Source: Candidatus Woesearchaeota archaeon
Lineage (GTDB): Archaea > Nanobdellota > Nanobdellia > SCGC-AAA011-G17 > JAGVZF01
Reading direction: 5' to 3'
NCBI GenBank assembly: GCA_018302785.1
Contig: JAGVZF010000034.1
Span: forward strand, 1-57,417
Length of the DNA: 57,417 nt
This document shows, piece by piece, positions 1-8,991 of the stretch (positions are counted from its first letter, which is position 1; each line of letters opens with the position of its first letter). Position numbers and translations under genes: made by a program. The notes beneath the pieces were generated by a model. That model did not search any database. It saw nothing but the letters and a program-made list of their open reading frames with translations, and had not been told where the DNA came from.

Positions 1-99
1 ATCCATTTTATCTTTCTCTTGTTAAGTTTCTTCATAAGAACCTGCTCTACAGCAGGTCTTATCTTTTTTACCGAGAGGACATTATTTCTGGATAAGACA
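1..99 (-). mobile_element. Probable left end of an IS481-family insertion sequence; transposase ORF starts at 35 and runs off the window
   Basis: Minus strand from 99 reads TGTCTTATCCAGAAATAATGTCC (IS481 ends start with TGT). ATG at 35 gives MKKLNKRKIKW..., resembling N-termini of archaeal IS481-type transposases as I recall them. Only 11 codons are visible. Confidence 0.45.
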
Positions 100-149
100 A
101 ATTAAATCAAAACAGAAAAATTTATATTGAATGAATAAGTATCTAATTT

Positions 150-356
150 ATGCGTAAAAAGCAAGATAATACATTATTCATCTTTATAATTTTAGTCATA
201 TTACTATTTATACTTCCTCTTACTTTTAACACACCAGAAAAATTAGGTATTCAAGCATCTCCACCAAAAGAAGCTTTAGCAGGATCAATAGTTCTGGTAA
301 CTCTAGCATTAATAATATATTTCTCAGAAAAAACATATAAATACAGTGTAGATTAA
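150..356 (+). CDS. Small hypothetical membrane protein (2 TM, 68 aa)
   Basis: Two hydrophobic stretches; TATA-like AAAAATTTATA about 25 nt upstream. Confidence 0.6.
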   Translation: MRKKQDNTLFIFIILVILLFILPLTFNTPEKLGIQASPPKEALAGSIVLVTLALIIYFSEKTYKYSVD

Positions 357-358
357 AA

Positions 359-430
359 TGCGTCGGCGGAGATTTGAACTCCGGTCATCGGCTTGGAAGG
401 CCAATATTCTAACCACTGAACTACCAACGC
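359..430 (-). tRNA. tRNA-Gly (anticodon TCC), CCA not encoded
   Basis: Reverse complement folds as a cloverleaf: acceptor GCGTTGG/CCGACGC, anticodon arm TTGGC-CT TCC AA-GCCGA, T-arm CGGAG-TTCAAAT-CTCCG, discriminator A. Confidence 0.97.
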
Positions 431-467
431 ATAATAAAAGATCCAGAATTAAATATTATAAATCTTT

Positions 468-2900
468 CTAATCACTTTTTTTCTTGAATAAATAAAATCC
501 ACCAAGAAGGATAACTAAAATAACTATATTTAAATTACTAAAAAATGGTATATAAACTTCTCTTACTAAAGTACATTCTTTTGCAACAGTAGTTGAAACT
601 GGTGGATCAATAGGTGGATCTGTATCAACTATTGTTGTAGTCTCTTGATAAGTTCCAACATTGTCACCATTGCCATCATCTTGACATTCTGTTTTTGTCA
701 AAATAGTTTGTAATCCGGGCTGTATAGATAAACAAGCAGTACAATCATTACTACATTTAAAATAAGGTGGACTTGCACAATAACTATTAGGAGGATCACA
801 AATCTCTCCAATACTAGGCTCTAAAATATTATTGCCACATCTTCCTGCACATCCTGAAATATTAAACATGCACTGATTTGGATAACCATACTTAATACAG
901 TCTAATGTTCCACTTAAATATCCTAAATTACCACAACTCTTATTATCTAAGTCATGCCCAGGAATATTATTATCTAAACATCCATTAGGACCACAGTCAC
1001 ATTCTTCATTAATATCAATATCTTCATTCCAACATATTCCTCCATTAATATTATCAACTTGAATCCAATTACTAGAATTTATTCCAGAGCCAGTAATTTC
1101 ATTTATTTCTCCAACAAACATATATTCTAAATCATAATTCCCATCTTCAATAGTTTCATTAATATCATTAGGAGCATGATATTCAGTTGTCCATGTACTG
1201 CTTACAAATTGCTCATTACCAGCACTTAAATTAACATCTCCAGGAACATTATTTAATAAAGGTGGTAGTAAAACTTCTCCTGTTGAATTTCCAGTCATAT
1301 TATTAACTTCATTAATTAAGAAGTGAACATGCAAAGTATCACAATTTCCTATTGCTTTAACTCTAAACCTCAAATTCATAATTCCATAATGTAATAACGC
1401 ACCTTTATCATAAACATAATTATCATCAGTAGGATGTATTATACTAGCTTCTGCTAACGTACAACTACTTGGATTAACAACATTAACAGGAGCACTAATA
1501 TCTAGATTTCCTGTTTTTGCATGTACATTAGTACTTCCAAATTGAGCACCAGTAAACTTAACTGTAGTATCTCCATTTTTAGTTAAATTACTTAAAATAT
1601 TGACATTTCCAATATTAGTATTATCAACACTAAAGTAAATTATAGTCCCATCTGGTGCAGCATTTCCATTAGTTAAACAATTAGGAAATGGATTATTATT
1701 AATACAAGCACTAACTTGGACTTCAGCTTCTCCATTTACAAAAATAAAGCTTGGATTAATATTTATTTGAATTCCAGTTATACTAGGTAATGTATAATAA
1801 ACATTTTTAGTCCCATCTTGATTAGCAACATCACTTACAGCTCCCCCAATAATATACTTAATTTCATTTAAAGAAGCACTTGAATGTTTGTATCTAGAAA
1901 CTCCATTAGGCAATGCGTTATTTAAAGTAACATCACTCCATGTAGGATTAACATTATCAAAACAAGCTCCATATATTTTATTTCCATAACTTATATATCC
2001 ATATTTTCCAATACAAGAAACTCCATAACTTAAAATTGAACTAAAACTAGCATGATTCTTAATAGTTGCAGGTAAATTATTGCCTTGAACCCAACATCCA
2101 GGATCTCCAACATTATTACAAGAACTTCTCATATCACTTAATTTTTTTCTGTAAACTGTATTTCTAACACCATTATTATTTTCTCCTCCAAATAGATAAA
2201 CATATTTTACAGAATTAATTTCAATTATCTCTGCTGTATGCCTTGCTAACTCAATATTATTAATTCCATCTAATGTTATAGGAGTTGCAGTAGTCCATTG
2301 GTTAGAGAATCCTCCTGTAGAATTAATTTGATTCCATCTTACACTACTTACATAATTTCCAGGAATCCTACCACCTATTAAATAAACAACATTTCCATCT
2401 AAAACAGCAGCTAAATCTCTAACATCATTTTGATTACATCCATCACCAATAGTATTATCTAAATTGTAATATCCAAAACTCCAGTCAGATAATTCACCAG
2501 AGATATGATCTACTATTTTTGCATACTGTATTTGATTAGTACATCCACTTCCTGCAATAACATAAATATAAGCATCATTTCCATCTTCATAAATTAATGA
2601 TGCTTGATCTGCAGTGTCTGCCAGTCCAAAATTATTTCCAACATTCCAACTTAATATATTCCCATTAGGTTGAATTTCACTAATGTAGATTAAACTATCA
2701 CCACCACTTCCTGTATTAGAATCTCCATTTATAACATATAAAAAAGTCTTTCCTGTTACAGGACTTCTATAAGCTAAACTAGAGTGCATTACTCTGTTAC
2801 TGGGAAGTAAGCTTGTAGTTTCCTGCCAAGTTAATGAATAAACAATTGAAGAAGAATAAATCAAAATAACAAAATATAATATAAATATATAAACCTTCAT
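468..2900 (-). CDS. Surface protein: signal peptide, six-bladed Kelch-like propeller, Big_1/invasin-like Ig domain, Ig-like domain, Cys-rich repeats, IPFF-TM-basic tail
   Basis: Kelch-like blades ending LYVING, IYVIAG, VYLIGG, VYLFGG, YISYG and YIIGG; APDGT..F Ig motif; CGNNILEP..GEICD Cys repeat; C-terminal TM followed by KKK. Confidence 0.8.
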   Translation of the reverse strand: MKVYIFILYFVILIYSSSIVYSLTWQETTSLLPSNRVMHSSLAYRSPVTGKTFLYVINGDSNTGSGGDSLIYISEIQPNGNILSWNVGNNFGLADTADQASLIYEDGNDAYIYVIAGSGCTNQIQYAKIVDHISGELSDWSFGYYNLDNTIGDGCNQNDVRDLAAVLDGNVVYLIGGRIPGNYVSSVRWNQINSTGGFSNQWTTATPITLDGINNIELARHTAEIIEINSVKYVYLFGGENNNGVRNTVYRKKLSDMRSSCNNVGDPGCWVQGNNLPATIKNHASFSSILSYGVSCIGKYGYISYGNKIYGACFDNVNPTWSDVTLNNALPNGVSRYKHSSASLNEIKYIIGGAVSDVANQDGTKNVYYTLPSITGIQININPSFIFVNGEAEVQVSACINNNPFPNCLTNGNAAPDGTIIYFSVDNTNIGNVNILSNLTKNGDTTVKFTGAQFGSTNVHAKTGNLDISAPVNVVNPSSCTLAEASIIHPTDDNYVYDKGALLHYGIMNLRFRVKAIGNCDTLHVHFLINEVNNMTGNSTGEVLLPPLLNNVPGDVNLSAGNEQFVSSTWTTEYHAPNDINETIEDGNYDLEYMFVGEINEITGSGINSSNWIQVDNINGGICWNEDIDINEECDCGPNGCLDNNIPGHDLDNKSCGNLGYLSGTLDCIKYGYPNQCMFNISGCAGRCGNNILEPSIGEICDPPNSYCASPPYFKCSNDCTACLSIQPGLQTILTKTECQDDGNGDNVGTYQETTTIVDTDPPIDPPVSTTVAKECTLVREVYIPFFSNLNIVILVILLGGFYLFKKKSD

Positions 2901-2938
2901 TTTTCCTCTTTTATTATAATGATAAAATTAATTGAAAT

Positions 2939-5206
2939 TTAAACCTTTCTAATTCTCTTTTTATTTTTAGTTTTTACAAAGAAATAATAAATTGAAATTA
3001 ATGCCAAAACCATTAAAACATTTAATGGAGTAAAAAATGGAATATCTACTTCACTTATTAATGTACATTCTTTTGGTGTAGTTCTTTGAGTTCCTGGAAT
3101 TGCTTGATTAGTAATAATATTAACTTGTACAATAGTTTCATCATAAACTCCTACATTGTCTCCATTGCCATCATCCCTGCAAGGGGTTCTTGTTAAAATT
3201 GTTTTAGTATTTCCATCTAAGCCAATACACCTCTTACAGTTACTATTACAAACTAAATAATTAGTATTACTACAATAACTTCCTGGAGGATCACAACCTT
3301 CATCTCCTTCTACATCACCATCTCCGCAAACAGGATTTCCAGGACCTCCACCTCCGCCAGTAGTACATTGTGAAGTGTCAAATTCACATTGTTGACTTGA
3401 ATAGCCTGCATCATAACAATCTAATTGTCCCCCTGTAAACGGAGGTACATGATTTATACCTGTACATTGCTTACCATTTAAATCATCTCCCGGGGGATTT
3501 AAACAATCTCCATCAGGACCACAATCACATTCCTCATTTTCACTTGCTTGAATAATACCATTACCACAATTTGGTTTAGCCTCATCATTAACTTGAATCC
3601 AATTATCTGCATCTCGTGTTATACTTGAATCTTCCATCACAGTTGCAGTAAATGTATATTCAATATCTTCATCTTCTGGAGCAACATCGCCAGTTCTATA
3701 CTCAGTTCTCCATGTTGCCAAATATTCTTGATTGCCATTATCCAAATTAATTGGAGCTAACCCAGTTATATATTGACTTGAATCTTTAACGCCTGCATTC
3801 TCATTAAAATCAAAAATTTCTAACTTTAATCTTTTTGAACCACAATTTCCTTGAGTATAAACTCTTAACCGCACATTTTGATCTTTATTTAGTGTTTCAC
3901 CATCAGGATATACATAATTATCATCTGTTGGGTGAATAATATGAGCTTGTACAATCCTACATTGTGTTGAATAAGGCGGTAATTGAATATAATTAGTAGA
4001 TCTGACTGCATTACCATCTACTACTGCTTTAAATGCATATTCCCATTCCAAATCCCCACCAGCACCATCTTCTATCGCATCACCTAAATCAAATCTATGT
4101 TGCACAGTCCATATTCTATCTATAGTTTGTGGATTCTGATTAATTGTAACTAGTGGTGGCGGACTAGTAAACACACTTACATCATTTTCCTCTGTTGCTG
4201 GCCCAGGAACAATATTGTCCATTTCCCATATTTGATAATTTACATTTTTTCCAACACAATTATTTGCAGTAAATCTAAACTTGACATCGGTACCTGCTAA
4301 AACTACCTGTCCAGAAGGTATTATATTTCCTTGAACAGTTGTATCTCTAATTTCTACATTACTTATAACACAACTAGATTGTAGTGTAACTGTAATAGTT
4401 TTTAATCTATTGACACTTCCAGCGATTGCGTGAATATCTCCACTTCCTGGCTGATTCCCAGAAGTAAAGGTTACCGTTGCTATCCCATTTACAGTTTGAG
4501 CAGATCCAGAACTTAGACTTCCAATATTTGCACCTATAGGTACAATATTAGCAATATTAAAATTAACAACAGTACCATCTGGTGCACCATTTCCATTCGC
4601 AACACAATTAATATCTAAATCATTATTAATACAAACAGTAGCTCTTACAGCAGCTGTATTACCTCCAATTTGTAAAGTATCAGGATTAACACTTAAGTGA
4701 ATTTGGCTTATACCAGAAGCTATTGGACCTGGTACTGAACAGCATACTTTTGTTGAATAAGGACTACTACAATCTCCAACATGAGCATTAGTTATAGAAG
4801 ATATTTCAGCCACACATTTATAAGTAGAACCTAAACTATTACAATCTGTTGCATATAAACAGCTAGCAGAAGTACCATCATTAGTAGATAAACAAGCTTT
4901 TTGATTATAATTACCCATACTATTTTCTTCAACATGAGCATTAGTTATAGAAGATAATACTAAAACAGTAGCTCCATTAGCTTGACATGTATTCATTAGA
5001 TTAGATCCTGTACAACAAACTAATGTCTGATAGTTATTTTGACTAGCCAATTCAGCATGAGCATTTGTATTTCCAGATGCTTTAAACAATAAAACTTCCC
5101 CAGAACTACAACTAGATTTAAAAGAACAACTATTTAATTGAGCAGCATCTACAAAACTAAGTATTAAAAAGCTAAAAATAATAAAAATTAAGAAAAATTT
5201 TCTCAT
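2939..5206 (-). CDS. Surface protein: signal peptide, triple TNAH Cys-rich head, Big_1-like domain, two Ig-like domains, Cys-rich repeats, IPFF-TM-basic tail; C-terminal part paralogous to 468..2900
   Basis: TNAHAE/TNAHVE/TNAHVG repeats; shares APDGT, IIHPTDDNYVY, NWIQV, EECDCGP, DDGNGDNVG, KECTL and IPFF with the downstream gene. Confidence 0.8.
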   Translation of the reverse strand: MRKFFLIFIIFSFLILSFVDAAQLNSCSFKSSCSSGEVLLFKASGNTNAHAELASQNNYQTLVCCTGSNLMNTCQANGATVLVLSSITNAHVEENSMGNYNQKACLSTNDGTSASCLYATDCNSLGSTYKCVAEISSITNAHVGDCSSPYSTKVCCSVPGPIASGISQIHLSVNPDTLQIGGNTAAVRATVCINNDLDINCVANGNGAPDGTVVNFNIANIVPIGANIGSLSSGSAQTVNGIATVTFTSGNQPGSGDIHAIAGSVNRLKTITVTLQSSCVISNVEIRDTTVQGNIIPSGQVVLAGTDVKFRFTANNCVGKNVNYQIWEMDNIVPGPATEENDVSVFTSPPPLVTINQNPQTIDRIWTVQHRFDLGDAIEDGAGGDLEWEYAFKAVVDGNAVRSTNYIQLPPYSTQCRIVQAHIIHPTDDNYVYPDGETLNKDQNVRLRVYTQGNCGSKRLKLEIFDFNENAGVKDSSQYITGLAPINLDNGNQEYLATWRTEYRTGDVAPEDEDIEYTFTATVMEDSSITRDADNWIQVNDEAKPNCGNGIIQASENEECDCGPDGDCLNPPGDDLNGKQCTGINHVPPFTGGQLDCYDAGYSSQQCEFDTSQCTTGGGGGPGNPVCGDGDVEGDEGCDPPGSYCSNTNYLVCNSNCKRCIGLDGNTKTILTRTPCRDDGNGDNVGVYDETIVQVNIITNQAIPGTQRTTPKECTLISEVDIPFFTPLNVLMVLALISIYYFFVKTKNKKRIRKV
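4777..4956. repeat. 27-bp exact direct repeat (4777-4803 and 4930-4956) encoding SSITNAHV
   Basis: caacatgagcattagttatagaagata is read at both positions. Confidence 0.9.
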
Positions 5207-5207
5207 T

Positions 5208-5816
5208 TTATGACGTTTGTATCATTGTCGCACAAAATAATTGTTGAGATTTTATTTCCTTCAAGTAAAATTGACCTGGAGATACACATTCACATTCACA
5301 TGTATCTCCATCTGAACAAGCTCCAGAAGAGCTACTAGTACAAGATTCTGAACCCTGTGCAATTGTCCCACCACTACATTCTGGGTATAAATTACCATTG
5401 CAACCCCATTGACAAGTTGCAGATGATTGACAAAAAGAATTACAATTACTAGCACATTGGGCAGCACTACATCCAGTATATCTTTTTGATATAGAACCTT
5501 GACCCGGACATGCAGTTTGTTGTGTTGTGCAAATACCATTATTTACACAAATCTTTGGAGAATTAGTCCCCATATCTTTAAAACTAATATCTTGACTGTC
5601 TATTCTATCTGCATCCAATCCCGAGCTAATCCCATCATTATCTCTAGTCCATATTGTAGATGGATTAGGCAACCCTTGAACCTCTGTATATGTATGTCCA
5701 AACTCAGAAGGATTATTTGTACCATAAGCTAATACAAAAATAACAGCTCCAAAGCCAATTAAAAATAGAGTTAATATATATAAATGCCTTTTCTCAATTT
5801 TAAAAGTAAATTTCAT
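5208..5816 (-). CDS. Secreted or membrane-anchored Cys-rich protein with a fibre-like DG.SSGLDAD.ID motif
   Basis: N-terminal hydrophobic segment; YGTNNPSEFGH; DGISSGLDADRID; very Cys-rich C-terminal half; GAGGTG SD upstream. Confidence 0.75.
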   Translation of the reverse strand: MKFTFKIEKRHLYILTLFLIGFGAVIFVLAYGTNNPSEFGHTYTEVQGLPNPSTIWTRDNDGISSGLDADRIDSQDISFKDMGTNSPKICVNNGICTTQQTACPGQGSISKRYTGCSAAQCASNCNSFCQSSATCQWGCNGNLYPECSGGTIAQGSESCTSSSSGACSDGDTCECECVSPGQFYLKEIKSQQLFCATMIQTS

Positions 5817-5861
5817 ATTCCCACCTCATTTTTTCCATCATAAAGCTAATAATTACCTTAT

Positions 5862-8390
5862 TTAAATCTTTTTCTTTTTAAAGGCATAATCTATTTGCTT
5901 TCTAGTCCAACCTTGTCTTAATAATACTAAAATAATTTTGTCTTTTTTAATACCTTTTGCTAAACTTTGATTAATATAATTCTTTAAATTATAGAAATCT
6001 TGGGTATTATTAAATAAAGAACTTTTCTCCTCACTACTATTTTCTTTTTTAATAAATCTCTTTAAATTTCCAGGTCCATCTGTAAAGAATAAATAATAAA
6101 TAATTAAAACAACAAACAAAATAATAATATATAGTATCCAATTTATTTTTACTTTCCTACAATCAACAGGACAACTATCAGCAGTCTCACTTTCACTACA
6201 AATATTATCTCCACATTCAACTTCATTTATAACATCTTCCTTATTAGCTCTTAAAAGAAAAGTCTTTCCATAACTTGTTATATCATCACCTTTATAAGAA
6301 TAAGCGATTTCACCACCCCCAAGATTCTCAAATAATAAAGCAATATTTTCTTTATCTTGTGTAGCCCCTCCATTGATAACATTAACAAGTTCTATATTGT
6401 TCACAACATCACTTAAATCCTCAACAACTAAGTAATTATCATCAAAATTTAACTCTTTTTTAACAACTACATAACTATCATCTGCTCCTCCTATATAAGT
6501 AACTTCAACTAATACTATTTTACCTTGTATTAGTAAATCTTTATTATAATTATAAACTTCATTTACAGAATCTTTACTATATTTACTTACAATATCTCTA
6601 TTAATATCATCAATTAAAGGATAAATATTTTGTTCTTCAACCTTAACATTTATTCTACTAGGAATAACATTTCTTATATTTCTTACAGAATCATAAATCC
6701 TAGTATATCTAGACTGATTAGTTTCATTTCCTAAAGACCTAAATTCATTTTCTAATAAATTCAAATTATTTTTTGAGCTGTCAATTATATCATTAAATCC
6801 TAATAAATCATAAAATTCAAATATTTCTGGAGTTACATTTGCAAAATAATTTTCAGCGTCTCTAATTTTAAGTCTTGTATCATTAATATAATCTCCTAGT
6901 GAATTTTCATATCCTACAACTTTAACATTAATAGTTTCTAAATTACTTTTAGCTCCTGTTGTATCTGTAACTATTAAAGAAATTGTATAATTCCCATAAC
7001 TAGCAAATGAATAATTAGTTACAGCCCCAAATTTTGTTATATTTCCAAAATACCATGTATAATTAGTAATATTTCCAAGAGTTGATGTTGAGTCTCTTCC
7101 ATCAACAATAAAAGATTCTCCTAATCCAACTCTTTCCGAATTAACTCTTATTCTTGCAATTGGGATTTCTCTTACAGAAAAATCAATAGAATTAGAATTA
7201 ATTCCATTAAGCATTAACTTTAATGAATAATTTCCTCTTGTTAAAGGAGTTCTTAATGAATTAAACTTATTTAAGTTTAATCTAGCAATTCCATTATAAG
7301 ATAAAGAATCTCCAATAGAATTTAATTTATACATCCTATCAAATTTATTAACAGAATCCATTCTTACTAAAACACTTTGTATGTTAAAAGTAGAACTTCC
7401 TTTAGTGTAAAATGCAATAGGAACTATACATAAAGTGTCAGCACATCTGTTTAAATAATCTTCAAATCTATTTTTAATTTTCTCATTAGTGATTGATACA
7501 AATCCATCCAATTCATCTGAATATTTAACAGGTCTTACACTTAAATAATAGAAATTAGAAACGGCTCCAAATTTCTTTGGCAGTTCATAATAAACAGTAC
7601 CTGCAAACCCAGTCTTAGAATAAATACATACCCTATAATTTCCATCAATTATATTAGTAATATTTACTGTACAAGAAGTAATATTATAATTATTATTGTT
7701 TAATAAACTTTCATCTGCATCACACTCTTTAGTATCTAAGCTTAAATACAAATTACCCCCATCAATAATCTTCTTTGCTTTAGCATATAATATGATATCA
7801 ATACTATCATAAAGTTCATTCAAACTTAAATTCAAGTCTTCACAAAATCTATCTATAGAATTTCCTCTTAAGTCAACAGAACTATCAGGAGTTTGATTTA
7901 TAGAAAATCCATTTTGAGTAACTTCATTTTCTAAGCCAATCCTTTCTCCTTTTAGAGCCCAATCAAAAATTCTATCATCACCAACATCTAATTTTAACTT
8001 TACATTACTTCCAGTTAAATTAATATAAAATTGATTTACAGTAGCTAAACTAGATGGAATTGAAAACCCAAATAATTTCATAGTATCTATATTAAAGCTA
8101 CCACTACTAAAAGAATCTCCATCAAACTGATAATTCCTAGAAATAACACTATAATTTACTCCATTAGCATTAAAAAAATCAGATATTTTTATGATGCTTA
8201 CGTTATTATTATTTATTAAAGCTAAAATACTAGAATTTGTACTAACATTTTGGCCTAAACTTAAATTTAAATATCCATTAAAACTTTGATTAGTACTATA
8301 CAAATTTGAATCTAAAGCTAAATTTAAATCTATGGCATAAACAGAATCTATAATCAATAACAAGAATAAAAATACTACTCCTCTTTTCAT
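5862..8390 (-). CDS. Large PKD-domain surface glycoprotein with C-terminal TM and small cytoplasmic helical domain
   Basis: Signal peptide; PKD motif (DGRDS...ITNYTWYFG...YGNYTISLIVTD); CGDNICSESET..SCPVDC; TM; L.NYI...L.KG...I...LLRQGWT..QID tail; about 20 NxS/T sequons. Confidence 0.8.
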   Translation of the reverse strand: MKRGVVFLFLLLIIDSVYAIDLNLALDSNLYSTNQSFNGYLNLSLGQNVSTNSSILALINNNNVSIIKISDFFNANGVNYSVISRNYQFDGDSFSSGSFNIDTMKLFGFSIPSSLATVNQFYINLTGSNVKLKLDVGDDRIFDWALKGERIGLENEVTQNGFSINQTPDSSVDLRGNSIDRFCEDLNLSLNELYDSIDIILYAKAKKIIDGGNLYLSLDTKECDADESLLNNNNYNITSCTVNITNIIDGNYRVCIYSKTGFAGTVYYELPKKFGAVSNFYYLSVRPVKYSDELDGFVSITNEKIKNRFEDYLNRCADTLCIVPIAFYTKGSSTFNIQSVLVRMDSVNKFDRMYKLNSIGDSLSYNGIARLNLNKFNSLRTPLTRGNYSLKLMLNGINSNSIDFSVREIPIARIRVNSERVGLGESFIVDGRDSTSTLGNITNYTWYFGNITKFGAVTNYSFASYGNYTISLIVTDTTGAKSNLETINVKVVGYENSLGDYINDTRLKIRDAENYFANVTPEIFEFYDLLGFNDIIDSSKNNLNLLENEFRSLGNETNQSRYTRIYDSVRNIRNVIPSRINVKVEEQNIYPLIDDINRDIVSKYSKDSVNEVYNYNKDLLIQGKIVLVEVTYIGGADDSYVVVKKELNFDDNYLVVEDLSDVVNNIELVNVINGGATQDKENIALLFENLGGGEIAYSYKGDDITSYGKTFLLRANKEDVINEVECGDNICSESETADSCPVDCRKVKINWILYIIILFVVLIIYYLFFTDGPGNLKRFIKKENSSEEKSSLFNNTQDFYNLKNYINQSLAKGIKKDKIILVLLRQGWTRKQIDYAFKKKKI

Positions 8391-8410
8391 ATCTAAATAC
8401 TGAAATTTTT

Positions 8411-8424
8411 TATTTATAAACCTT
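8411..8424 (-). promoter_or_regulatory. BRE/TATA promoter of the surface-protein operon
   Basis: AAGGTTTATAAATA about 25 nt upstream of the ATG at 8390. Confidence 0.6.
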
Positions 8425-8425
8425 A

Positions 8426-8941
8426 TTATTTATTTTTAATTATAGTTTTTCCTTTTTTATTAGGCATTATAATAACTTCATAATCTTTAAATTTATCCTT
8501 TATATTTTTATCCTTAAAATATCTATCCAGAACTAAAGCTAAGGCACTGACTTCACTATGTGGTTGATTTATTACACTTAAATTATAATCCACTAAAGAA
8601 TAAACTTCTCCAGGAACTTTTTCTCCACCTACAATAATTAATAAATTTTTATCTTTAATTTTATCTATTAAATCTTCAAAATTTTCTCCATAAACAGTTA
8701 AATGAACCTTAATCCCATTAAAAGACTTTATAAAACTTCTATAATTCTCTATATATTTAATAGAAAAATTTCCTCCAAATTTCTTAACTACTTTTTTAAT
8801 ACTTTCTTCAAATTTACTGTCTTTTTGACCACTATAATATAAATTATCAGCTAAAAAGGCTCTTGCAGCCAAAGCTAAATGAGTGTCTAATCTATAGTCT
8901 CTATGTATTCTATGGCCTATCTTTAAAACAGAAACTTCCAT
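8426..8941 (-). CDS. trm56: tRNA (cytidine(56)-2'-O)-methyltransferase (SPOUT, archaeal)
   Basis: GHR..RD.R..THLAL.ARAF, HLTVYG, VGGEKVP and NQPHSEV.ALA motifs. Confidence 0.95.
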   Translation of the reverse strand: MEVSVLKIGHRIHRDYRLDTHLALAARAFLADNLYYSGQKDSKFEESIKKVVKKFGGNFSIKYIENYRSFIKSFNGIKVHLTVYGENFEDLIDKIKDKNLLIIVGGEKVPGEVYSLVDYNLSVINQPHSEVSALALVLDRYFKDKNIKDKFKDYEVIIMPNKKGKTIIKNK

Positions 8942-8991
8942 AAAACTACTAATTAAAAAGATTTTTAAATTGTTTCTTTCTCTTTTTATTC

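Noticed and set aside
100-430. Genomic island integrated at the tRNA-Gly 3' end
   Set aside because: No duplicated tRNA 3' end or integrase is visible in the window; cannot be supported without the leftward sequence.
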